From the NCBI RefSeq assembly GCF_025699125.1, contig NZ_JAILWC010000004.1:160735-200734 (forward strand): a stretch of DNA of 40,000 bases. The letters run 5' to 3'. Positions 9,778-17,637 of this stretch are shown here, one piece after another. The position numbers and the translations under genes were made by a program. The stretch's first letter is position 1. Each line of letters begins with the position of its first letter. The notes under the pieces were generated by a model, which saw nothing but the letters and a program-made list of their open reading frames with translations, did not search any database and was not told where the DNA came from. The DNA is from Nitrosopumilus sp. GTDB taxonomy: Archaea; Thermoproteota; Nitrososphaeria; Nitrososphaerales; Nitrosopumilaceae.

Positions 9778-11809
9778 TTATTCCAGCCCCCATAGCAAAT
9801 AGAAGTGAAAGTAATGCAATCATAATGTACAAAATATATGCGTTGATTTTACCAGTCTGGATTTTTCGAATTTTATTTAGAATATACAAACTAAAAGATA
9901 GGGTTAAATCATAAAATTCGTCAAAAATATTCCTTGTAGTGTGACTCATCTCAATTGATTTTTTCAAATATTGATTTTGATCTGAATAAAAATAATTAAT
10001 TATTTCATTTTTAGGTTTGTAAAAAACAGCAAAAATTCTGCTTAGCGGCTCTGCTAATGATGTTGCAGTGTATTGGGTTCTCTCAGATAACCCACCAAAT
10101 CCACAATCCCATGTGTTGTATTTTTTTACACTTGTTTTACTTCCAATGATTTTAACAAGGACAAAAATAGATACAAAAGAGGATAATAAAATTATCAATA
10201 CAGTAGGCATCATTAAACTTGCAAAACTTTTTCCATCTTCAGTAATAATTGAAAGAGGTTCAAATGGATTTAGAGGAGTGTATGATAAATTAAAAGCAGT
10301 GGCAATTAGGTTTATTCCAATAAAGGGCAATATTCCCAAGACAATACAAGATGATGCAAGTATTGCTTTGCCTGCAAGCATAAATCGTGGTACCTCAACT
10401 GCATTTGCAGCTTTTAGGGTACGACTTTTAGATAGGAATGAAATTCCAAATAATCTTACAAATGTAGCAGCTGCAAGACCTATGGTAAGTGCAAGCGCCA
10501 AACTTGCAAATGCAAGAGACACTTGTAAAATAGTTGAAGGTATTTGGAAAACTGAAAGAAGGGATTGTAATATCAACCACTCACTGATAAATCCATTTAG
10601 TGGGGGTAGCCCGATAATTGCAATTGTTCCAATAAGAAACATCAATCCTGTCCAAGGCATTTTTTTGATTAAACCTCCAAGATCTTCAATGTTTTTTGTA
10701 TGGGTACTATAATGGATAGAGCCTGCAGTCATAAACAACAGCCCTTTGAAAATTGCATGATTCAATGTATGAAACATACTAGCTACAAAAGCCAAAACGG
10801 ATAGCGATGTAAGATTAAAAGATGCAAAAACTACAGAAAGTCCCAAACCAATAAGAATAATCCCAATATTCTCAATACTGCTAAAAGCAAGAATACGCTT
10901 GATGTCTCGTTCAACTAACGCATACAATATTCCAACTAATGCCGAAATAGAGCCAATTACAACAACCCCCAACCCCCACCAAAGATAATGAGATGAACCA
11001 TCAATGGAATTAAAATCAAATAGATATCTGACAATTCCATAGATTGCAATTTTTAGCATTACTGCAGACATTAGTGCCGATACGTGACTAGGGGCAGATG
11101 GGTGTGCTTGTGGTAGCCATATGTGCAGTGGAACCACGCCTGCCTTTGTGCCAAACCCTATGAAAGCCAGAATAAAGGCAATGTCTCGCACATAGTCCGG
11201 AATTATTCCTGCGTCCCTAAAAGAATCAAAACTAAAACTGCCACTTTGTGCATACATGAATAGAAATGATGCCAGAATAAAGGCAGTACCAAGATGGGTC
11301 ATTACAAGATACGTAAGACCTGACTTGAGATTGTTTTCATTGTCATGCTCATATATTACTAAAAAGAAGGATGTTAAGGACATCAGTTCCCAAAAGATCA
11401 AGAAAAAGAAAATATTGTTACTTGCAACTACTAACATCATTGAAATAATGAAGAGGTTAAACAACATTCCAAGATTAGAATTATTTTTTTTGTCATCGAA
11501 TTTTTTAGAATACGACAAAGAGTAAATAGAAACAGCAAATGAGATCAATCCAATTATTAAAATAAAGAAAGATGCAACCCCATCAATAAAAATTTCAAAA
11601 TTAAAAATTTGCTGTGAACTTAAAGTTATGTGTATATCTTCAGAGGTAAATACAACAATTGATAAAATAATTGCTAAAAAAGATCCAATGATGGAAGGTA
11701 TGTATGTTAAATACACATGTTGTGGTTTTCCTCTAGAGAATAATCCGAATATTGCACCTAAAGAAAAAAATCCTACAATAGCATATACAAGATAAAAATT
11801 TTCTAGCAA
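9770..11809 (-). CDS. NuoL/HyfB/HycC-like antiporter-type membrane subunit
   Basis: 679-aa polytopic protein with GVVPLHIWLPQAHPSAPSHVSALMSAVMLK and AFSSIENIG antiporter-like motifs. It is the first gene of the minus-strand operon and has a TTG start. Confidence 0.85.
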   Translation of the reverse strand: MLENFYLVYAIVGFFSLGAIFGLFSRGKPQHVYLTYIPSIIGSFLAIILSIVVFTSEDIHITLSSQQIFNFEIFIDGVASFFILIIGLISFAVSIYSLSYSKKFDDKKNNSNLGMLFNLFIISMMLVVASNNIFFFLIFWELMSLTSFFLVIYEHDNENNLKSGLTYLVMTHLGTAFILASFLFMYAQSGSFSFDSFRDAGIIPDYVRDIAFILAFIGFGTKAGVVPLHIWLPQAHPSAPSHVSALMSAVMLKIAIYGIVRYLFDFNSIDGSSHYLWWGLGVVVIGSISALVGILYALVERDIKRILAFSSIENIGIILIGLGLSVVFASFNLTSLSVLAFVASMFHTLNHAIFKGLLFMTAGSIHYSTHTKNIEDLGGLIKKMPWTGLMFLIGTIAIIGLPPLNGFISEWLILQSLLSVFQIPSTILQVSLAFASLALALTIGLAAATFVRLFGISFLSKSRTLKAANAVEVPRFMLAGKAILASSCIVLGILPFIGINLIATAFNLSYTPLNPFEPLSIITEDGKSFASLMMPTVLIILLSSFVSIFVLVKIIGSKTSVKKYNTWDCGFGGLSERTQYTATSLAEPLSRIFAVFYKPKNEIINYFYSDQNQYLKKSIEMSHTTRNIFDEFYDLTLSFSLYILNKIRKIQTGKINAYILYIMIALLSLLFAMGAGIIE

Positions 11810-11915
11810 AATACATCAGCCATAGGGTGGAATTAACAGATTTTTTGAAATCAATTAAACCTATGTTTAGTAACACATTGTACCACAAAATAGTTTTTTA
11901 AATTTCAACATAGTT

Positions 11916-12473
11916 TTATTTTCGATTTTCCGATTTTATTTCTAACATAATGGAATTTTCTGTATACTCTGACTGGACGTTTGCACCCAACTCAAAAAAT
12001 ACTGTCTTGTAATAAGTTTCAAAAAACAAAGACCAACGTTCTCCCATATCATGATACAATACCAGTCTAACCATATCCTTTTCTTTGTATTCTTTCAATG
12101 TAAAATCAGATGATTTTGCTCTGTTTTTCAAAATAGAAATCCACTCATCAACACCGTATTTACCACGCATGGATAGTGCAATTTCTTTGGATCCACCTTC
12201 TGCAGAATTTCTTGCAATTTGAACAATGGTTTCACTATCTAAATTTTTAATAATTTCCTTCATTGCAGATTTTAACATAACGACCCACCCTACTTCAGGT
12301 GCCAATAGATTCCAGTTCAAGTGAGAATCAAAAATACGATTAACATAGGTATTAAGACTCAGATGTTCTTCTCTTGAAATAGTTTTTAATGATTCAAGAA
12401 TTTTTTTGTTAATTCTAAAACTTGCATGTTCAGTTTCAGGCTTTTTGTTCTCATTTTTCACACCTGACTTCAA
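11916..12473 (-). CDS. ribbon-helix-helix (CopG/Arc-like) domain protein, paralogue of 17089-17637
   Basis: 185 aa. The N-terminal SFRINKKILESLKTISREEHLSLNTYVNRIF is a strand-helix-helix pattern. The C-terminal domain is shared with the 182-aa paralogue (SDF.L, HD.G..WSL). TTG start. Confidence 0.6.
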   Translation of the reverse strand: MKSGVKNENKKPETEHASFRINKKILESLKTISREEHLSLNTYVNRIFDSHLNWNLLAPEVGWVVMLKSAMKEIIKNLDSETIVQIARNSAEGGSKEIALSMRGKYGVDEWISILKNRAKSSDFTLKEYKEKDMVRLVLYHDMGERWSLFFETYYKTVFFELGANVQSEYTENSIMLEIKSENRK

Positions 12474-12697
12474 AAAATCACAAATTTTAATCTAGACATG
12501 AAAGTATCTTTTCTACAAGCATAGTCAATCGTTGTGTGACAATATGTCACAATGTATACCTAGTCATTATATTCATTAAAAAAGTACAGGATTTATGAAT
12601 AGATTAAATTTTGAGCAGATTTGTCTGTATGATCATTACGTATTCATATTAGAATCGCAGGCTTTGAGAAAATTCTAATTATCAATGAAGTGAAAAA

Positions 12698-13690
12698 ATG
12701 AGTTCCAATACGGTATTGAAATCTAATTTAAAATTTGAATGTCAAAGATGCTCTAAAAAACAAATTGTTACAGACTTGAGTATGGGTGAAATTTTTTGTG
12801 CTAGTTGTGGATTTGTAATTCATGAGAAGATAGAGAATTCAGGATACGAATCCAGTTCGGGTGATGATCAAAAAGACACTCGCAGAACTGGTGCACCAAT
12901 AACTTTATCCAGAAATGACTTTGGTCTTTCTACTGTAATTAGTTCTGAAAATATAGATGTTCATGGAAAATCCATCCCATTTGCTTTTTCATCAACAGTA
13001 AAACGAATAAGAATTCAAGATGCTAGAAGCAGATTAGCAAAACGTTCTGATGCAAGTTTCAATATGGCATTTGATTTTCTTGAACGCCTTCAAGACAAAC
13101 TAGGTGTGTCTAACAGCGTAAAAGAAACTGCAGCACATATTTACAGAAAGGTAGTGGAGAGAAAGATTACATCCGGAAGACCAACCTATTCAGTAGCTGC
13201 AGCATCAATGTATATTGCGTGTAGAAATACTCACACACTTCGAAATTTAAGTGATATTGCGACAGCTGCAAATATCAAAAGAACCAGCATCGCTCAAAGC
13301 TATAGGGCCATCGTAAAACGACTGGATTTAAAAATACCTCTTGTTAATCAGTCTGATTTTATTTTAAAAATATCAAACACTCTCAAAATATCTGCAGGGA
13401 CAACAAATCTTGCAATAGAAATTCTCAAAAAAGCAACCGAACTTGATATGATGGCAGGACGTGATCCTGTGGGAATGGCATCAGCGTCAATTTATTTTTC
13501 AAACGTGATAAGGCATGATGGATTCTCACAAATACAAATAGCGAATGCATCAGGCATAACTGCCGTAACCATCAGGAACAGATTTTATGAACTAAAGAAA
13601 AAAATCCAGATTCACAAGGATAAAAATGGAAAAAATTTAGTCGTATCTGATACCTGCAGTACATCAAACTCAATTTTGGAGAAAATCTAA
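12698..13690 (+). CDS. tfb: transcription initiation factor IIB (TFB)
   Basis: 330 aa. An N-terminal Zn ribbon CQRCSKK...CASCGFV is followed by a B-linker and two cyclin-fold repeats (AAHIYRK...SVAAASMYIACR and GRDPVGMASASIYF). Confidence 0.9.
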   Translation: MSSNTVLKSNLKFECQRCSKKQIVTDLSMGEIFCASCGFVIHEKIENSGYESSSGDDQKDTRRTGAPITLSRNDFGLSTVISSENIDVHGKSIPFAFSSTVKRIRIQDARSRLAKRSDASFNMAFDFLERLQDKLGVSNSVKETAAHIYRKVVERKITSGRPTYSVAAASMYIACRNTHTLRNLSDIATAANIKRTSIAQSYRAIVKRLDLKIPLVNQSDFILKISNTLKISAGTTNLAIEILKKATELDMMAGRDPVGMASASIYFSNVIRHDGFSQIQIANASGITAVTIRNRFYELKKKIQIHKDKNGKNLVVSDTCSTSNSILEKI

Positions 13691-13936
13691 ATGACAAATA
13701 CTTCCAGTATTGTGTTTGTTTTGATAATGTGTGCACACAAATCAATGACTAACATAATAAATCAATTAAAGGAAATTGATGTTGTAAAAGAAGCCACATT
13801 AGTAGATGGTCCATGGAGAATTATTGTAAAATTACAAGCAGATAACTTGGATCATTTACGTGATGCCGTGCAATGGAAGCTAAGGAAGATGGAAGGAATT
13901 GAATCTACTTTGTCATTAGTTGAATATATGAAATAG
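13691..13936 (+). CDS. stand-alone Lrp/AsnC-type ligand-binding (RAM) domain protein
   Basis: 81 aa. Its ATG directly abuts the TFB stop (taa-atg). The pattern IVFVLIMC...LKEIDVVKEATLVDGPWRIIVKLQADNLDHLRDAV..KLRKMEGIESTLSLV fits the beta-alpha-beta-beta-alpha-beta RAM fold. Confidence 0.55.
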   Translation: MTNTSSIVFVLIMCAHKSMTNIINQLKEIDVVKEATLVDGPWRIIVKLQADNLDHLRDAVQWKLRKMEGIESTLSLVEYMK

Positions 13937-14002
13937 AAAATTGATGGAAATCATGAAAGAAAACTCAAAAAATACTAATAAAAAAGAAACGTCGTATGCA
14001 TC

Positions 14003-14092
14003 ATGAGAACTTGTATTGTGTGTGGAAAAAAATTTGAGCATTGGTGTGACGATGTATGTTCTATAGAATGTTCAAATGAGTTAGAGCACTAA
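14003..14092 (+). CDS. possible 29-aa Cys-rich (zinc-ribbon-like) micro-protein
   Basis: Hand translation gives MRTCIVCGKKFEHWCDDVCSIECSNELEH. It is below the ORF-track length cutoff, and the CxxC plus three further Cys is the only support. Confidence 0.25.
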   Translation: MRTCIVCGKKFEHWCDDVCSIECSNELEH

Positions 14093-14119
14093 AACTTTCT
14101 ATGATAAAGTCATTAAGGT

Positions 14120-14393
14120 TCAATGTGTTTTGTTTATTTGATATTCAAGACCTTGTTCTGTGACAACATGCAATGTGATACTTGAAATGATGTCAGGCAT
14201 TTTTCGGATTGCCTTTGTAATGACATGATCCAATATCGTACTATTTGATGTCTCTACCTTACAAATTACATCATACAATCCAAAAACAACATCTGTCTCT
14301 GACTTCTGGAATGTGACTGAGATTCTTCAAAACTGCATATTCTTCACCTTTGATGCAATGGATCACAACATAAGCCTGAATGATGTTTCGCAT
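14120..14393 (-). pseudogene. frameshifted stand-alone RAM-domain gene (paralogue of 13691-13936)
   Basis: Hand translation of frame A from ATG 14393 gives MRNIIQAYVVIHCIKGEEYAVLKNLSHIPEVRD, then a stop at 14271. The +1 frame continues DVVFGLYDVICKVETSNSTILDHVITKAIRKMPDIISSITLHVVTEQGLEYQINKTH to TGA at 14120. The total of 274 nt is 3n+1, and the shift lies near 14292-14297. Confidence 0.5.
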
Positions 14394-14519
14394 CCATGAA
14401 TATTTTCAATAAAATAATTTCATTCATAGGTGTAAACTATGAATGAAATTGGTTCTACCAGTAACTCAAACATAGAATTCTTTATGAAGAATTACACTAG
14501 CTTCTTAACGTGAAAAAAT

Positions 14520-14693
14520 ATGATAACTGATGACGCAGGTTTAGTATTGGCGATCTTTGTTTTGGCAGTGGGTTTTATTGCTACTCTTATTGGCGTTGCA
14601 AATTTGTTTGATTCTGAACCCAATCCTCTGATCTTCGTCGGTGGAATTAGTGCGTTAATCATTGGCGGAATTCTTGTAAAGTTTTCCACTTGA
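14520..14693 (+). CDS. 57-aa two-TM small membrane protein (hypothetical)
   Basis: Hand translation gives MITDDAGLVLAIFVLAVGFIATLIGVANLFDSEPNPLIFVGGISALIIGGILVKFST, two clean hydrophobic helices. This is more plausible than the antisense 65-aa track ORF 14492-14689. Confidence 0.45.
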   Translation: MITDDAGLVLAIFVLAVGFIATLIGVANLFDSEPNPLIFVGGISALIIGGILVKFST

Positions 14694-14705
14694 TTTTACA
14701 AATTT

Positions 14706-15284
14706 TCATTTTACAATTTCCCCAAATACAGGAGTGTCAAAGTCATCAGGGGATCTCATCCAATGTGTTTTTCCAAATATTCCCTTAAACTCACAAAATT
14801 TTTCTTCTTGCGTGTTAAACTTGCCAGAAAATATACAGTTATCAACACATTCAGACTCGGTTGTTATTCCCTGCGAAGACGAACCGCTAAAATTACCATC
14901 ACCATTATAGCTTCCAGATTTTGTAATACACCCGCCTTGTTCCAGATGAGGGATGACATATCCGCTTGGCAATGCAACTGCAATAGTGGCAATTATCAAG
15001 ATTGAAACCAGGACAAGTTTTCTGTATTTTTCTTGTTGTGGAACAAGGGATGGCTTGACATGAACTAGTGCAAGATACAAAGACAACACCATGATTCCAA
15101 TTCTCACACTGTTAAAGAAAAAGTATGACGATACAGGGTCTGGCAATGGAGCATAGGATAGCTTATGATAAAGCAAACCTAACGGGATTATACCAAAATA
15201 AGATGCAAGAATTCCCAGAATTACAATGATTATTCTTTTTCGTAGATTCGCAGTGTTCAATCTTTTCTCAAAAGTTTTTCTCAT
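14706..15284 (-). CDS. membrane protein with Cys-containing extracytoplasmic C-terminal domain (hypothetical)
   Basis: 192 aa, ATG start, about four TM helices, then GGCITKSGSYNGDGN...CVDNCIFSGKF...CEF. Confidence 0.6.
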   Translation of the reverse strand: MRKTFEKRLNTANLRKRIIIVILGILASYFGIIPLGLLYHKLSYAPLPDPVSSYFFFNSVRIGIMVLSLYLALVHVKPSLVPQQEKYRKLVLVSILIIATIAVALPSGYVIPHLEQGGCITKSGSYNGDGNFSGSSSQGITTESECVDNCIFSGKFNTQEEKFCEFKGIFGKTHWMRSPDDFDTPVFGEIVK

Positions 15285-15290
15285 TAGAAT

Positions 15291-16748
15291 TTACTGACAT
15301 GATGCAGGTTCACCTTGTATTGTTCCAAACTTTTCAAGATCTTCTGCAATCATTTGGTATTGAATAGAATCACGATCCCACAAACCAGATATTGAAACTG
15401 TGTACCCTACAGAATTTTCAAAAACATCTATGATGCGTTCTTCAAGAAAATAGGTTTCTCCAAACTGTGCAATTGTGCTTTGAACTGAATTTTTAACATA
15501 CACCGTGTCTAGAACCTCAGTTGTTTCTATATTCCAACTAGTTTGACACAACATATCATTTTCATTTATCGCGTCAGGAACATTCACTGGAGATCGTTTT
15601 CCCTCAATCTCATGTGGTGTTTCTAGGACATCATCAATTTCTTCAACAAAATTTTTCCCATCAATTGTTCTGCATTGTCTTGGGTATGACTCCATAACAG
15701 AATTACCAGCTAAAACACATTCCTCAAAGCTTGCAATAGGTTCTGCTCTGTTTTGAATTTCTTGGAGGGCAACTATAAGTTCGGAGAGTTCTGGAATTTC
15801 ATCCCCATTTTCAAATTCAATTCTTTTTGTTTTATCATCATATGAAATTTCAATCCATTCAACTGGAGCATCAGCACAACCAGGGCATCCGATTTTGTCA
15901 GGAAGAGATCTAAATTGATCAAAATCAATCAAATCTATCAATCCATTCCATTCTGCTTGAGATAGTGTGAATTCTTTGGTTTTCTCAGGAAGATCGGACC
16001 ATTCATCAGAAACAAAATCACGACCATTTTGTGAAAAGATAATTTTATCAGGAGTTATCAGGAACTCTTTTGCACAATATCCAATGCAATGTCCCGCATA
16101 AGTTCCAGTTTTAATTATCGGATTAACGGAGATTGTATTTTCATCTATCCATCCACGTAAAGACAATTTTTCTGCAGTATTTGGCGTCACACATGCAGGA
16201 CTGAAATTACTTGACTTGATGACAAGTACAAGATCTGCCTTGCATTGAATATTGTTAATGGAAATTCCAATATTGAATTGTTTTAATGGGGCATCTATTT
16301 TCATTTCATTTATCTTAGAAACAAGAAATGTCATGACATAGTCAGAAGATTTGATTGGAGTAGTACTTGATGGATAAGGTTCCACGGTAATTAATTTAAC
16401 AAAATATCCATCAAAGATTTGTTTATCATCCCCACTTTCCCCTAACAGAATTGCATGATTGCCAAGATCTAGGTCATCTTTGATTAGATTAACTTGTACG
16501 GACACAGTACCTTCCCACACACAAGTAACATCAGAAGGACACCTGGAATCCTCGACAGCGTCAAGTACAGTAAGTTGTAACTCTGAATCTATTTTTGCAG
16601 TGTCTTCAATCTTTAGAGTAAAAGGTGAATCCAATGCAGCATCTTTTGGAGAAGCAGCAAAAACTGTTGGTTGAAAAACCAAACAAAATATTGCAAGTCC
16701 CATAAAGAATGCAATTTTGTTTCGGGTAAACTCGAACATCATTATCAA
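15291..16748 (-). CDS. secreted protein (hypothetical)
   Basis: 485 aa with a signal peptide IAFFMGLAIFCLVFQPTVFAASP and many paired Cys. The track start is TTG at 16748, and in-frame ATGs at 16742 and 16739 are likelier starts. Confidence 0.65.
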   Translation of the reverse strand: MIMMFEFTRNKIAFFMGLAIFCLVFQPTVFAASPKDAALDSPFTLKIEDTAKIDSELQLTVLDAVEDSRCPSDVTCVWEGTVSVQVNLIKDDLDLGNHAILLGESGDDKQIFDGYFVKLITVEPYPSSTTPIKSSDYVMTFLVSKINEMKIDAPLKQFNIGISINNIQCKADLVLVIKSSNFSPACVTPNTAEKLSLRGWIDENTISVNPIIKTGTYAGHCIGYCAKEFLITPDKIIFSQNGRDFVSDEWSDLPEKTKEFTLSQAEWNGLIDLIDFDQFRSLPDKIGCPGCADAPVEWIEISYDDKTKRIEFENGDEIPELSELIVALQEIQNRAEPIASFEECVLAGNSVMESYPRQCRTIDGKNFVEEIDDVLETPHEIEGKRSPVNVPDAINENDMLCQTSWNIETTEVLDTVYVKNSVQSTIAQFGETYFLEERIIDVFENSVGYTVSISGLWDRDSIQYQMIAEDLEKFGTIQGEPASCQ

Positions 16749-17088
16749 TCATGTGATAAAATATGAGATTATAATCTTTGATGAAAATCAAATTTTACCA
16801 AAAAGAATCAATGTGGCATTATTTTTACCGTCATAATGAGTGATTTCAGATTAAATTACAAAAAATCTACCAAAGGTTATGAACCCGTAAAGGCTTGAAC
16901 TGTTTATTGGGAGAAAAGATTCGATTCAGCATCACGAGGATTCAGATACCTTTTTGGGCATACTTCCATGTTCTTAATTATCATACAACTACATTATAGG
17001 TAGTAAACAACACGTTGCTCAGTCATAGGACAATCTTACAAATTGGATAAAGATTCTTCAAAATAGAACACATAATTAACTATCAATT

Positions 17089-17637
17089 ATGGTAAAGAAG
17101 CAATTGAGTACTGAACAAAAAAAGAAAACAGAGACAATGTCGTTTAGACTAGACAGTCAGATCTTAGACAAATTACGAACAGAATCAGAATCTCAAGGCG
17201 TTAGTTTGAACATATTGGCAAACAAAATTTTTTCAAGATATGTGGATTGGGGCATGTTTGAACCCAAAGTCGGAATGGTTCCAATAGCTAAGCCCATTGT
17301 AACTGCATTATTTCAGAAACTTTCAGAACAAGAGACTGTTGACCTGGCAAAACAAATTGGCAAAAGCATCGTATCAGACATAGCCACATTCATGAAAGGC
17401 TCACTTGACCTAGACTCGTTTGTATCATGGTTCATCACAAGAATGAAAATATCGGATTTTGAGTTGAACCACACGATAAAAAACTCAACGCATAGTTACA
17501 TAATAAAACATGATTTAGGATACAACTGGTCATTATATCACAAAACAGTGTTGGAATTAATTTTCAATGATGCGTTTGAGAAAAGGATTGACTTTAAGAT
17601 AAAAGACAGAATGACGGAATTGACTTTTGAAAAATAA
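17089..17637 (+). CDS. ribbon-helix-helix domain protein, paralogue of 11916-12473
   Basis: 182 aa. The N-terminal SFRLDSQILDKLRTESESQGVSLNILANKIF is an RHH pattern, and the protein is collinear with the 185-aa paralogue along its whole length. Confidence 0.6.
   Translation: MVKKQLSTEQKKKTETMSFRLDSQILDKLRTESESQGVSLNILANKIFSRYVDWGMFEPKVGMVPIAKPIVTALFQKLSEQETVDLAKQIGKSIVSDIATFMKGSLDLDSFVSWFITRMKISDFELNHTIKNSTHSYIIKHDLGYNWSLYHKTVLELIFNDAFEKRIDFKIKDRMTELTFEK

Noticed and set aside
10068-10712. 214-aa plus-strand ORF (and similar ORFs 6637-7053, 7594-7797, 9311-9499, 11256-11525)
   Set aside because: These lie antisense within well-supported membrane-subunit genes. Their low-complexity sequence is typical of shadow ORFs in AT-rich DNA.
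14492-14689. 65-aa minus-strand track ORF
   Set aside because: The opposite strand encodes a cleaner 57-aa two-TM protein (14520-14693). The minus-strand product has no hydrophobic core or motif.
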